A DNA stretch of 64,000 nt, from positions 1,536,001-1,600,000 of the forward strand of contig OZ241883.1 of the NCBI GenBank assembly GCA_965203445.1, in the 5' to 3' direction. Of this stretch, positions 11,962-21,550 are shown piece after piece. Position 1 is the stretch's first letter. Each line of letters begins with the position of its first letter. The stretch is from Candidatus Oxydemutator sp. GTDB taxonomy: Bacteria; Pseudomonadota; Gammaproteobacteria; Poriferisulfidales; Oxydemutatoraceae. A program made the translations under genes and the position numbers. The notes beneath the pieces are model-generated. The model saw only the letters and a list, made by a program, of their open reading frames with translations, was not told where the DNA came from and did no database searches.

Positions 11962-12810
11962 CTACCCTCGCCTGCGGCGCGTCCCGAGCAGCCCGCGCGA
12001 CGGATCGTAGCCGTAGATCGCAAGCGCGATGAACAGCGCGGCCGTCGCCGTGACCACGACGAAGGCCTCGGCGCTGAACTCGGCGTAGAGGGAAAAGCGG
12101 ATCAACTCGACCGCGTGCGTGAACGGGTTGTACTGGCACACGTGGTAGAGCGCCACGCTCGACTCGCGGATGCGCCACAGCGGGTAGAGCGCCGACGACG
12201 TGAAGAACATCGGGAAGATGACGAAGTTCATGATGCCCGCGAAGTTTTCCAGCTGCTTGATGACCGACGACAGAAACAGTCCGAGCGAACCCAACATCAG
12301 CCCGGTCAAAAACAGCGCCGGCAGCAGCGCGACGTAGCCGGCCGGCGGCGGGCGCACGTCCCAGAACCACGCCACCAGCAGAAACACGTAGACTTGCAGC
12401 ACCGAGATCGAGGCGCCCGCAAACAGTTTGCTGAGCAGCAGATACCAGCGCGGCGCCGGACTCGTGAGCAGGATTCTCATGCTGCCCATCTCGCGGTCAT
12501 AGACCATGGACAGCGAAGTCTGCATGCCGCTGAACAACTGGATCATGCCGATCAGCCCGGGCGTGATGTATTCCTCGTAGAGCACGTAGGTCTGGTACGG
12601 CGGGGTGATCGAGACGCCGAGCACCGAGCGGAAACCGGCGGCGAAGATGAACAGCCACACCAGCGGGCGCACCAGCGCCGCGACGAAGCGCTCGCGCTGC
12701 TGGAGGAAACGCAGCAGCTCGCGCTGCATGATCCCCGCCGTGAAGTGGAAGAACGCGGCGGCCCCGTTGCGATGGCGCCCGCCGCGGCGTTCGGCGCCGC
12801 TCGTCGCCAC
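11962..12810 (-). CDS. ABC-2 type permease, PQQ alcohol dehydrogenase-associated (PedC-like)
   Basis: ALVRPLVWL, SLSMVYDREMGSMR, QLENFAGIMNFVIFPMFF..SALYPLW. Confidence 0.9.
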   Translation of the reverse strand: MATSGAERRGGRHRNGAAAFFHFTAGIMQRELLRFLQQRERFVAALVRPLVWLFIFAAGFRSVLGVSITPPYQTYVLYEEYITPGLIGMIQLFSGMQTSLSMVYDREMGSMRILLTSPAPRWYLLLSKLFAGASISVLQVYVFLLVAWFWDVRPPPAGYVALLPALFLTGLMLGSLGLFLSSVIKQLENFAGIMNFVIFPMFFTSSALYPLWRIRESSVALYHVCQYNPFTHAVELIRFSLYAEFSAEAFVVVTATAALFIALAIYGYDPSRGLLGTRRRRG

Positions 12811-12811
12811 G

Positions 12812-13534
12812 CTACAGCAGCTGCGCCAGTTTGCGCCGCATCGGCGCCGCGTCGTCGTCGCCGGCGACGGCGCCGGCCCTGCCGGCCTTCGTCAGGCGCC
12901 CGCTTTTGAGCACCAGCAGCGCGTCGTCGGGGCCTACTTCGTCGAGCAGGTGCGTCGTCCACAACGCCGACAGGCCACGCGCGCACAAGCCGCGCACGTG
13001 CTCGATGAGCGCGCCGCGCCCGCCCACGTCGAGGCCGAACGTCGGTTCGTCCAGGATCAGCAGTTCGGGATGGTGCATCAGCGCGCGCGCAATCTCGACG
13101 CGCCGCGCCTGGCCGCCGCTCAGGTTGCGTATCTTGTCGTCCATGCGTTCGCGCACGCCGAGACGCTCGGTTTCCTCCATCGCGCGCGCGCGCGCCGTGC
13201 GCGCCGACATTCCGTAGAGATTCGCCGAGTAGCGCAGGTTCTGCCACACGCTCAGGTCCTGGTCGAGCGAGCGTTGTTGGAATACGACGCCCAGGCACCG
13301 CAGCGCGCGCGCGGGTCTTCTTCTCAGGTCGTGGCCGCAGATGGAGACGCGCCCGGCGTGGCTATGGTAGAGGCCGGTCAGCAGCGAGAACAGCGTCGTC
13401 TTGCCGGCGCCGTTGTTGCCGAGCAGCACCGCGAACGTGCCGCGCGCGACCGTGAAGTCCACCGAGTCGAGTGCGCGGAACTTGCCGTAGCGGTGGCCTA
13501 AGCCGGCGACCGCCAGGGCCGCTTCGTCAGCCAT
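12812..13534 (-). CDS. ABC transporter ATP-binding protein, PQQ system
   Basis: Walker A GNNGAGKTT, LSGGQ, LDEPT, TTH. Confidence 0.92.
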   Translation of the reverse strand: MADEAALAVAGLGHRYGKFRALDSVDFTVARGTFAVLLGNNGAGKTTLFSLLTGLYHSHAGRVSICGHDLRRRPARALRCLGVVFQQRSLDQDLSVWQNLRYSANLYGMSARTARARAMEETERLGVRERMDDKIRNLSGGQARRVEIARALMHHPELLILDEPTFGLDVGGRGALIEHVRGLCARGLSALWTTHLLDEVGPDDALLVLKSGRLTKAGRAGAVAGDDDAAPMRRKLAQLL

Positions 13535-14516
13535 CGGCGCGCGCCACGACGCCCCACGGATAGCGCCCTACCGCCACCGACTTGATGACGCGCAGATTGT
13601 CGGCGTCTATGACCGAGACGTCGTTGCTGACGCCGTTGGTCGTGTACAGCCTCTTCTGGTCCGGGGAGAACGCCAGCTGCCACGTGCGGGCGCCGACCAG
13701 CAGGTATTTCTCGACCTCGAAAGTTTTGGCGTTGATGACCGCGACGCGGCTCGCCGGGCCCAGGGCCACGAAGGCGCGCCGGCCGTCGCCGCTCAGGCGC
13801 ACGCCGACCGGCTGTATGGATTCGGCCTTGACCCCGGGCAGCGCGAACGAGATTGTTTTCGCGACCTTGCGCGTGTGCGTCTCGATCACGCTGACGGTGC
13901 CTCCGACCTCGGCGGTGACCCACACGTGTGCGCCGTCGCGGGTGAACTCGGCGAAACGCGGACGGCTGCCCACCAGCACGTTGTCGAACACCTCGAGCGT
14001 CAGCGTGTTGATGAAGTGCGCCATGTTGGTCGTCTCCGACGTGTTCACCAGGGTCTTGCCGTCGGGGCTGACGGCCATGCCCTCCGGTTCGACGCCGACC
14101 GGAATCTCCTTGACGATGCGCTTGCGCGCGACGTCTATCACCGAGATCATGTTGTCGTCCTCGTTGGCGACGTAGATGATCGAACCGTCCGGCGACAGCG
14201 TCATCAGCTCGGGATCGGGGCCCGACGGCAGCAGGCCCGTGATCCTGCCGCTCTCCAGGTCGAGCACCTGGATCTGGTCGTCGTCGCTGGCGCAGATGTA
14301 GAGCAGCTTGTGGTCCTTGCTGAGGGCGATGCCGCGCGGGCGTTGTCCGACCTTGATCAAGTCCACCGTCTCGAGCGTGTCGCCGTCTATGACGCTGATG
14401 GTGTTGTCCTTCTCGTTCGACACGTACACCGTGTGCGCGGCCGGCGCCGGCACCGCCGCGATCAGTGCCGCGCCGAGCGCGACGCGCAATAGTTTGTCGC
14501 CGTTTCCGATCTTCAC
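13527..14516 (-). CDS. YVTN beta-propeller protein, PQQ-dependent catabolism-associated
   Basis: VYVSNEKDNT, VGQRPRG, SGPDPE, VGVEPEGM, TSETTNM, YTTNGVSND repeats; signal peptide. Confidence 0.92.
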   Translation of the reverse strand: MKIGNGDKLLRVALGAALIAAVPAPAAHTVYVSNEKDNTISVIDGDTLETVDLIKVGQRPRGIALSKDHKLLYICASDDDQIQVLDLESGRITGLLPSGPDPELMTLSPDGSIIYVANEDDNMISVIDVARKRIVKEIPVGVEPEGMAVSPDGKTLVNTSETTNMAHFINTLTLEVFDNVLVGSRPRFAEFTRDGAHVWVTAEVGGTVSVIETHTRKVAKTISFALPGVKAESIQPVGVRLSGDGRRAFVALGPASRVAVINAKTFEVEKYLLVGARTWQLAFSPDQKRLYTTNGVSNDVSVIDADNLRVIKSVAVGRYPWGVVARADG

Positions 14517-14570
14517 GTTGTCCCCCGTCGTTTGATAATCGGTCGTTTGAAAAGGGAATTATATACATCC

Positions 14571-14590
14571 TCCCCCGCGCAAGCGGGGGA
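14571..14590. other. Intergenic GC hairpin, next to a minus-strand TATAAT (14558-14563)
   Basis: TCCCCCGC-GCAA-GCGGGGGA. Confidence 0.4.
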
Positions 14591-14604
14591 TTATAGGCGT
14601 GCGT

Positions 14605-15792
14605 TTATCTTTCATCGAGTTCGCAGCGCGTTTCCGGGCGGTCGTAGCCCAGCGTGTCGAGCGGCGAGTGCTGATGCAGAAATTGTTGCTGCGGCGACAC
14701 CGATACCAGCGACGTCGGCGACACCAGTAGTAGCGGCTGGCGCAGCTGTAGATTCCATTTGCGAAAGGACATTTTCTGCCCCTTGTAGCCGGCCAGCTCG
14801 AACGCGTCGCCGCGCACGTAGGCCGCGATTTTGCCGTCGTCGGTCGCGCCGGCGCGCGTCACCGCCTCGCCGATGGTGCGCATCGCCGACCACACGCCGT
14901 AGTCTTTCTCCGACATGCGCCGCCCGTAGTTCTTCAGAAAGCGGCTCTGAAGCTGCGCCGCGCCCCATTGCTCGTGGGCGCGGTGCCAGGTCACCGGCGC
15001 CAGCCCCTGGGTGCCGGCCACCGGGCGCGGCTGCCACGTGCGGTAGGCCAGGTATTCGCCGAACTCGCCGACCGCGTCGGCGACGATGAGCACGTCGTAG
15101 TCCGCGTCCTGCGTGAACAGCGGCACCGTCGAGGCCGCGGTGCGCCGTGCGTCGGGTCCGTACTCCCATTGCTTGTCGGCGACGACGTGCCCGCCGAATT
15201 TCTTTGCCGCGCGGCGCACCGCGGCGGCGAAGCCACGGTCGGCGCGACGCCGCCCGACGACCAGGAACCAGCGCCGCCACTTCTTCGCGATCAGGTACTG
15301 CGCCAGCGCGTCGGCGCGCATCGAGTGGCTGGGTACCAGGTGCAGCACGTTGGCGCGACAGTCGCGCGTGCGCAGCGCGTCGTCACCGGAACCGACGTTG
15401 TAGAACCACGATTGCCGCCCGTTCTCCGAATCGGCCAGGGCCAGCAGGTCGGCGGCCGGGACGTCGACGATGAACTGGCGCGTACCGCCCGCGTGCAGCC
15501 CGCGGAACGCCTCCTGCACGTCGTCTTCCTCGTCCAGCACCACGGTCTCGAGTCGGTAGTCGTGGCCGAGAAAGCGCCCGGTGGTGTTGTTGTCTTCGAC
15601 GCCCTGGCGCCCGCCGAGCGCGCCGTCGTCGGCCGGTGGCGGGTCGAGATTCGACAGTTTCGGCAGCTTCTCGACTTCCTTTTTGAGGAACGTGACGCTT
15701 ACCGTGTCGACGCCCGCGGCCATGCCCGCGGCGAGGCACAGCGGTGCCACAAGCCACGGCGCGCGGCGCGTCACGCGGGGCCGCGCCGCCAT
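14605..15792 (-). CDS. ABC substrate-binding protein, PQQ alcohol dehydrogenase system
   Basis: DNNTTGRFLG, PSHSMRADALAQYL, GEFGEYL.YRTW.PRPVAGTQGL, EQWGAAQLQSRF, FLHQ..LDTLGYD. Confidence 0.9.
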   Translation of the reverse strand: MAARPRVTRRAPWLVAPLCLAAGMAAGVDTVSVTFLKKEVEKLPKLSNLDPPPADDGALGGRQGVEDNNTTGRFLGHDYRLETVVLDEEDDVQEAFRGLHAGGTRQFIVDVPAADLLALADSENGRQSWFYNVGSGDDALRTRDCRANVLHLVPSHSMRADALAQYLIAKKWRRWFLVVGRRRADRGFAAAVRRAAKKFGGHVVADKQWEYGPDARRTAASTVPLFTQDADYDVLIVADAVGEFGEYLAYRTWQPRPVAGTQGLAPVTWHRAHEQWGAAQLQSRFLKNYGRRMSEKDYGVWSAMRTIGEAVTRAGATDDGKIAAYVRGDAFELAGYKGQKMSFRKWNLQLRQPLLLVSPTSLVSVSPQQQFLHQHSPLDTLGYDRPETRCELDER

Positions 15793-16373
15793 GTTTCCGC
15801 CAGCGGTTTTCTCGGCGACGGCTTTTCACCCGCGGCCAGATCCGCGGCGAGGCGCCCGGGCGGCGCGATTTCGCCGAGCGCAAAGCCGCAGATAACCCGG
15901 TATTTTTCCGCGTCGACGCGGAGCGCCGGACATACCTCATCGCGCTTGATTCCGCCCATGCCGTGGGTGTAAAGGCCAAGACGCCGCGCTTGCAGCGTCA
16001 GCGCCATCCACGCCGCGCCGCAGTCGAACGCCGCGGTCGCGTTCGGCTTGCCGTTGTGTTCGAAGTTTTTGCGCGCGAACACGAAGCCCAGCAGCGACGC
16101 GGTGCGCGCCCACCGCTGGTTGCCTTCGGTCAGCAGGTTCAGAAAAACGTCGAAGTCCGACGCGCCGCTCGAGGTGACGAACAACCACGGCTGATCGTTG
16201 CGGCTCGACGGCGACCAGCGCGCCGCGTCGAAAATCACGCGCAGCGTCTCCTCCGGCAACTCGCGTCTGGTGAACGAGCGCGGCGACCAGCGCCGGTAGA
16301 ACAGCGCGTCGGCGACGGCGTCGCCGACGCGTTCGCCGTAGTCAACCTCATAGGGAGTCGTAAATTTTTTCAT
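15771..16373 (-). CDS. Nitroreductase-family flavoprotein
   Basis: RRWSPRSF, AARWSPSSRNDQPW, FDCGAAW, THGMGG; the real start lies inside track ORF 15771..17612. Confidence 0.9.
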   Translation of the reverse strand: MKKFTTPYEVDYGERVGDAVADALFYRRWSPRSFTRRELPEETLRVIFDAARWSPSSRNDQPWLFVTSSGASDFDVFLNLLTEGNQRWARTASLLGFVFARKNFEHNGKPNATAAFDCGAAWMALTLQARRLGLYTHGMGGIKRDEVCPALRVDAEKYRVICGFALGEIAPPGRLAADLAAGEKPSPRKPLAETWRRGPA

Positions 16374-16445
16374 CGGGCGGCTATTATATATGGGCGCGCC
16401 GGCGCCGGTTTGGAGGCGCCCGCTTGTGATAGTATCCGACACGTC

Positions 16446-17216
16446 ATGGAGCGGTCGTTTGATTTCAGCACCGGCGCCGGCGCCGGCGGCGCCTCGTCGT
16501 CGCGCCTGCACGCGCCCGCGCGCGCGCCGTTCCTGCAATGGCTCATTTTCGCCTTCGTGCTCGCGTTCATCACGTGGCTGGCGTGGAAGCACGGGCTGGT
16601 GCAGGAGATTATCCGCACCGACCCGACCAAGCTGTCGGTCGTTATCTCGTTGATCTTTATCGGCGGCACCATCCACTGCGCGTTGCGCAGCGTGTTCCTT
16701 GCGGCGCAGCTCGACGAACTGCGCGAGATCAGCGCGGGCGCGCGGATGCTGGGCTTCGACGGCGCGCGCCTGTCGCTCGCCGGGCGCGTACTCGCGTCGT
16801 CGCCGGTATCCGATTACCTCGCCGGCGTCTTCCGCTGCCGCGAGCACGGCGGCGACGGCGACCGCCGCCAGTGGTCGCGCTTCGACGAGGTGTTCGCCGA
16901 GGAAGTCGCCGGCGCCCACGCCACCGGTTGGTTCTTCGCGCAGCTGCTGGTCAAACTGGGGTTGCTCGGCACCGTCGTCGGCTTCATCCTGATGCTGTCC
17001 TCGATCACCGGCGCGTCGTCGTTCGACCCGGAGCACGCGCACGAGTTGTTCAGCGAGATGACGCGCGGCATGAGGGTCGCGCTCAACACGACGCTGGTCG
17101 GACTGCTCGGCACGATGCTGCTCGGCTTTCAGTACCTGCTGCTCGACCGCGCCGCCGACCGCTTGATCGCCGGCGCCGCGCGTTTCGCCGAGAGCCACTC
17201 GTTCGGCGTTCGGTAG
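16446..17216 (+). CDS. MotA/TolQ/ExbB proton-channel family protein
   Basis: LGLLGTVVGFILML and GMRVALNTTLVGL channel helices; two N-terminal TM helices. Confidence 0.85.
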   Translation: MERSFDFSTGAGAGGASSSRLHAPARAPFLQWLIFAFVLAFITWLAWKHGLVQEIIRTDPTKLSVVISLIFIGGTIHCALRSVFLAAQLDELREISAGARMLGFDGARLSLAGRVLASSPVSDYLAGVFRCREHGGDGDRRQWSRFDEVFAEEVAGAHATGWFFAQLLVKLGLLGTVVGFILMLSSITGASSFDPEHAHELFSEMTRGMRVALNTTLVGLLGTMLLGFQYLLLDRAADRLIAGAARFAESHSFGVR

Positions 17217-17220
17217 CGAC

Positions 17221-17835
17221 GTGGCGCTCAGACGAAAAACGAGGGCCGACGCGATAGACCCTTTCACCGACCTGCTGTTCAACGTGCTGCTGATCTTTAC
17301 GTTCCTGTTCCTGATCGCGATCGTGTTCATGAACCCGCCGGCCAAGACCGGCGCGGTTGATCTCAAGGCCGAGTACATCGTAACCGTCCAGTGGCCCGAC
17401 CACAGCCCCGACGACGTGGATACCTGGGTGCGCGATCCCGACGGCAGGATCATCTGGTTCCGCAACACCGAGGACGGTTTCATGCACCTGGATCGCGACG
17501 ACCGCGGCGCCTCGAACGACACCATCCGCGTCGACGGCGAGGACGTCGTCAACCCGCTGAACCAGGAGGTCATCACGATACGCCGCCTGGTGCCCGGCGA
17601 GTACACCGTCAACCTGCACTACTACAAGTCGCTGTCGAACCAGCCGGTCACGGCCGAGGTCAGCGTGGCGCGCGTCAACCCGTCGCTCGAGGTCGTGTTC
17701 TACGGCAAGGTGGCGCTCGAGAAAGCGGGCGTCGAGCGCACCGCGGTGCGCTTTCGCGTCGCCAGAGACGGCGACGTAACCGACGTCAACACGCTGCCGA
17801 TGGCGCTCGTCAGCGTCGCGGCCGAGGAGCAATGA
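17221..17835 (+). CDS. ExbD/MotB-like single-TM partner with an atypical acidic periplasmic domain
   Basis: DPFTDLLFN followed by a TM helix (conserved-Asp position); periplasmic DDVDTWVRDP, LDRDDRG, PGEYTVNLHYY. Confidence 0.7.
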   Translation: MALRRKTRADAIDPFTDLLFNVLLIFTFLFLIAIVFMNPPAKTGAVDLKAEYIVTVQWPDHSPDDVDTWVRDPDGRIIWFRNTEDGFMHLDRDDRGASNDTIRVDGEDVVNPLNQEVITIRRLVPGEYTVNLHYYKSLSNQPVTAEVSVARVNPSLEVVFYGKVALEKAGVERTAVRFRVARDGDVTDVNTLPMALVSVAAEEQ

Positions 17836-18347
17836 GCGCCGGCGTCGTCGGTATCACCGTGGCCTACGTGGCCCTTGCGGTGCTGTTGCTGAGCTTGAAC
17901 GTCTATTCGCGCTGGCCGGCGTGGGTCAAGATCGGCGCGGTGGCGTTGACCGGCGCCTTGTATTACGTAACCTACCTGTCGTTCGGTTCCTTTCTCGGCT
18001 GGCCGGCGCACGCCCAGCTGCCGCAGAAGTTCATGATGCTGGCCGGCAGCATAGACGAACCGAACGAGCAGACCGGCGAGCGCGGCGCCATCTACATCTG
18101 GGCCGTGTCGCTGGAGCGCGACCGCCTGGCCGACGCCCCGCGCGCCTACCGCGCGGCGTATTCGCGGCAGTTGCACGAGCAGGTCGGCGCCGCCAAAAAA
18201 CAGTTGCGCAACGGCATCGTGCAGGTCGGCGAGGTCGAGGAGGTCTCGGCGAAGCGCGCGCGCGGCTTGGCCGGCCTGTGGGCCGACGATAACGTGTCGC
18301 GCATCGTGATATACGACCTGCCCGATCCCGAGCTGCCCGACAAATGA
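17832..18347 (+). CDS. Hypothetical membrane protein (2 TM + periplasmic domain)
   Basis: ATGA overlap with the previous gene; LGWP, IYIW and PRAY motifs. Confidence 0.75.
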   Translation: MSAGVVGITVAYVALAVLLLSLNVYSRWPAWVKIGAVALTGALYYVTYLSFGSFLGWPAHAQLPQKFMMLAGSIDEPNEQTGERGAIYIWAVSLERDRLADAPRAYRAAYSRQLHEQVGAAKKQLRNGIVQVGEVEEVSAKRARGLAGLWADDNVSRIVIYDLPDPELPDK

Positions 18348-19078
18348 CGTCGAATCGCGCGCTGCCCGCGGGCCGGCCCTGGCCGTCGCTGCTGCCGCTG
18401 TTGTTGTTGGTAGGGTGCGTCGCAAGCGCCTGCCGCCCGGAGGCGCCGCGCGGTTATTTCCCGCTCAACGAAGGGCTGGCCTGGAGTTACAAGGTCACGA
18501 AGACGACGCCCTACAAACGCGACGTAAGCGCGTTGCGAATCGAAAACCTCGGCACGCGGCGCGTCGACGGCGAACTCCACCACGTGCGCAAGACCGACAG
18601 CGGCAATTTCTATTACCTGCAACGAATAGACGAGGGCATCGTGCGCACGACCAAGCGCACCCTGATCGAGAAACGCCCGCGGCGCGTCGCGTATGATCGC
18701 TTCGTGCTGAAGTATCCGCTTGCGCCCGGCACGCGCTGGTCGTACCCGGTCAAGCCGTATCTGCTGGCGCGCCCGTTCCCCGAGGAAGTCGAGCTGAAGC
18801 GCGCGTTCGACTACGAGATGGATTGGCGCATCGTCGCCGACGGCGACACCGTCGAGGTGCCGGCGGGGCGCTTCGAGCGCTGCCTGCACGTGCGCGGCGA
18901 GGCGCGCGTAGAGGTCGCGCGCAGCCTGAGCATCGCCCGCGATACGGTCACGTTCAGGACCGATGAGTGGTATGCTCCGGACGTCGGCCTGGTATTGTTG
19001 GAACACGCCGAGATCGTGGATTCCAACCAGGCCTACGGGGGTTCCATCACGATGAGTCTGACCGGGTTTTCCCATTGA
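18344..19078 (+). CDS. Hypothetical lipoprotein (beta-rich)
   Basis: Lipobox VASAC; YFPL..G..WSY, VEVPAGRFERC, EWYAPDVGLV; ATGA coupling. Confidence 0.75.
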   Translation: MTSNRALPAGRPWPSLLPLLLLVGCVASACRPEAPRGYFPLNEGLAWSYKVTKTTPYKRDVSALRIENLGTRRVDGELHHVRKTDSGNFYYLQRIDEGIVRTTKRTLIEKRPRRVAYDRFVLKYPLAPGTRWSYPVKPYLLARPFPEEVELKRAFDYEMDWRIVADGDTVEVPAGRFERCLHVRGEARVEVARSLSIARDTVTFRTDEWYAPDVGLVLLEHAEIVDSNQAYGGSITMSLTGFSH

Positions 19079-19118
19079 TGCGCCCACTGATGCGCCCATT
19101 GACGCGCCCACTGACGCG
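19071..19118 (+). repeat. 4 x 12-bp tandem repeat at the lipoprotein/dsbC junction
   Basis: CCCATTGATGCG CCCACTGATGCG CCCATTGACGCG CCCACTGACGCG. Confidence 0.9.
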
Positions 19119-19119
19119 C

Positions 19120-19857
19120 ATGGCGGCGCACAAGTTCGCACCGAAGGCGCGCGCGTGGTCGCAGGCGGCGTTGGCGGCCGCGCTTGCGGCCGGTTGCGCG
19201 TCGGAGATGACCGTCGAGCAGGCGCAACAACGCCTGGCGGCGTCGTTTCCGAACGTCCGCGTCGAGCGCGTGCAACCGTCGCCGATGTCCGGAGTCTATG
19301 AGGTCGTAGCCGACGGCAGCGTCTATTACCTGACGCACGACGGCGCCTTCCTGCTTACGGGCACGCTGTATGACCTTACCGCCAACGTCAACCTGACCGA
19401 GCGCTCGAAGAACGAGCTGCGCAGCGCCGCCGCGCGCCGCGTCAGCGCCGACGACGTCATCACCTACGCCCCGACCACCGGGCGTTACACGGTCACCGTG
19501 TTCAGCGACGTCGACTGCCCGTATTGCCGCAAGTTTCACGCCCAGATGGAGCGCGTACACGCGCTCGGCATTCGCGTCCGTTATCTGCTGGCGCCGTATC
19601 GCGGCCAACGGGCGCACCGCAACGCCGTCGCGGTATGGTGTTCCGCCGACCGTCGCGCCGCGTTTGACCGCGCCAAGCAGGGTGTCGCGGTCGCCGCCGA
19701 AGACTGCGACCATCCGGTGGATCGCAACCTGCGCCTGGCCGAGACGCTCGGCGTGCGCGGCACGCCCGCTTTCCTGCTCGAGAACGGCGAGCTGCTGAAC
19801 GGCTATCGCACCCCCGAAAATCTGCTCGAGGAAGTCAAGCGCGCCGCCGCGCGTTGA
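19120..19857 (+). CDS. dsbC: DsbC-family thiol:disulfide isomerase (start could be 19078 or 19090)
   Basis: N-terminal dimerisation domain (SPMSGVYEV), VFSDVDCPYCRKFH, WC, GVRGTP. Confidence 0.88.
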   Translation: MAAHKFAPKARAWSQAALAAALAAGCASEMTVEQAQQRLAASFPNVRVERVQPSPMSGVYEVVADGSVYYLTHDGAFLLTGTLYDLTANVNLTERSKNELRSAAARRVSADDVITYAPTTGRYTVTVFSDVDCPYCRKFHAQMERVHALGIRVRYLLAPYRGQRAHRNAVAVWCSADRRAAFDRAKQGVAVAAEDCDHPVDRNLRLAETLGVRGTPAFLLENGELLNGYRTPENLLEEVKRAAAR

Positions 19858-19892
19858 CGCGGCGCGGCGCGAGGAGCCTCCGCGGGTATTCG

Positions 19893-21467
19893 TCAGTCGC
19901 CGGGTGCGCGCGCCCCTTCCCTCGGGGCCGCCCATTGCTTGTATTTCTCCGCCAGGCCGTGCGTCGAGGCGTCGCCCGCAACAAAGCCGCCTTCCAGCCG
20001 GCCGAAAATTTCGCGCGCCAGGTTCTTGCCCGCCTCGACCCCCGGTTGATCGAACGGGTTGACGTTCCACACGACGCTTGCGGTGAACACCTTGTGCTCG
20101 TAGAGCGCGATCAGCGCGCCCATGGCGCGCGGCGTCAGGCGGCGCAACACGATCGCGTTGCTCGGACGGTTGCCGGCGTGGCGGCGCCATGCCTCGCGTT
20201 CCCCCACGCCCTGCATCAGAAGCCGCGATTGCGCCAGCAGATTGGCCCACGGCCACGCGCCGGCGTCGGCGCTGATGATGAAGTCCACCGGCACCAGGCG
20301 CGTGCCCTGGTGCAGCAGCTGGTAGAACGCGTGTTGGCCCTCGAGCGCGTCGCCGCCCCAGGTGACCGGCGCGCTGTCGACGGTCAGCGCGCGCCCTTCG
20401 CGGTCGGTGGACTTGCCGTTGCTCTCCATCTCCAGCTGCTGCAAATAAGCCGGCAGCAGCGCCAGTCGGCGCTCGTAGGGAAGCACCGCGCGGCTTTGCG
20501 CGCCGTGAAAATTGACGTACCAGACGTCGAGCAACGCCAGAATCGCCGGCATGTTCGACTCCAGGGGTCGGCGCGCGAAATGCAGGTCCACGTGGTGGGC
20601 GCCGTCCAACAGTTCCTCGAAGGCGTCCATGCCGGCGTGGATCGCAAACGGCAGGCCGGCGGCGGCGCACAGCGAGTACCTGCCGCCGACCGACGGCGGG
20701 ATCGGCAGGTGACATTCGCGCGCGACGCCGAGGCGCGCGACCGCGTCGGCGTTCGCCGAGACCGCGATGAAGTGGCGGCGACGGTCGGTGTTCCCCAACC
20801 ACGCGGCGGCGCGCTCGGCGGCGCCGCGCGTCTCGTGGGTCGTGAACGACTTCGAGATGACGACGAACAACGTGCGCTCGCGGTCGAGCGACGCCAGCAG
20901 GCGTTCCATTTCGTCGCCCGGCGTCGTTACGAAATGCACGCGCGGCGCGCCGCCTCCGGCGAACGCGCGGCACGTCATGCAGGCTCCCAGATGCGAACCT
21001 CCGATGCCGATGCTTACGACGTCGCGCACCGCCTTGCCGGCGGCGCCGCGCCACGCGCCGGCGCGCAGCGCGTCGCTGATCGCGCGCATGCGCGCGCGCA
21101 CGTCCTCGATTTCGCGCGCCACGTCAAGCCCGCCGCCCGCGGGCGGCGCCCCGGACGGACGCCGCAGCGCGGTATGCAGCGCCGGGCGACGTTCGGTGCG
21201 GTTGACTTCGGCGCCCGAGAACAGTCGCTCGCGCCAGTCGTCGAAACCGGCCTCGCGCGCCAGCGCAAAAAGCAGCCGCAGGGTGTCGGCGTTGATCCGG
21301 TTCTTCGAATAGTCGAGGAACAGATCGCGGCATTCGAGCGAGTAATTCTCGAAACGCCGTGCGTCGGCGGCGAACAGATCGTTTATATGGACCTTGCCCA
21401 GTTCGTCGCGATGCGCGCGCAGCGCGCGCCAACAATCGGCGACGTGCGCCGGCGCGTCATTGTTCAT
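19893..21467 (-). CDS. pgi: Glucose-6-phosphate isomerase (divergent)
   Basis: LDYSKN, IGIGGS, SKSFTT.ET, VGGRYS, QQLEMESNGK, QHAFYQLLHQG, FDQPGVEAGK. Confidence 0.93.
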   Translation of the reverse strand: MNNDAPAHVADCWRALRAHRDELGKVHINDLFAADARRFENYSLECRDLFLDYSKNRINADTLRLLFALAREAGFDDWRERLFSGAEVNRTERRPALHTALRRPSGAPPAGGGLDVAREIEDVRARMRAISDALRAGAWRGAAGKAVRDVVSIGIGGSHLGACMTCRAFAGGGAPRVHFVTTPGDEMERLLASLDRERTLFVVISKSFTTHETRGAAERAAAWLGNTDRRRHFIAVSANADAVARLGVARECHLPIPPSVGGRYSLCAAAGLPFAIHAGMDAFEELLDGAHHVDLHFARRPLESNMPAILALLDVWYVNFHGAQSRAVLPYERRLALLPAYLQQLEMESNGKSTDREGRALTVDSAPVTWGGDALEGQHAFYQLLHQGTRLVPVDFIISADAGAWPWANLLAQSRLLMQGVGEREAWRRHAGNRPSNAIVLRRLTPRAMGALIALYEHKVFTASVVWNVNPFDQPGVEAGKNLAREIFGRLEGGFVAGDASTHGLAEKYKQWAAPREGARAPGD

Positions 21468-21550
21468 GCGCTTGGCGGGGCTTATCCACTGTTTGGGGGA
21501 CGGTTGGCGCGCGGTTTGATAAAATAGCGCGCTTGCCATTGTACATTGCC

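Noticed and set aside
19893-21467. pgi as a pseudogene because several motifs are divergent
   Set aside because: The frame is intact and the catalytic Glu, His and Lys motifs are retained.
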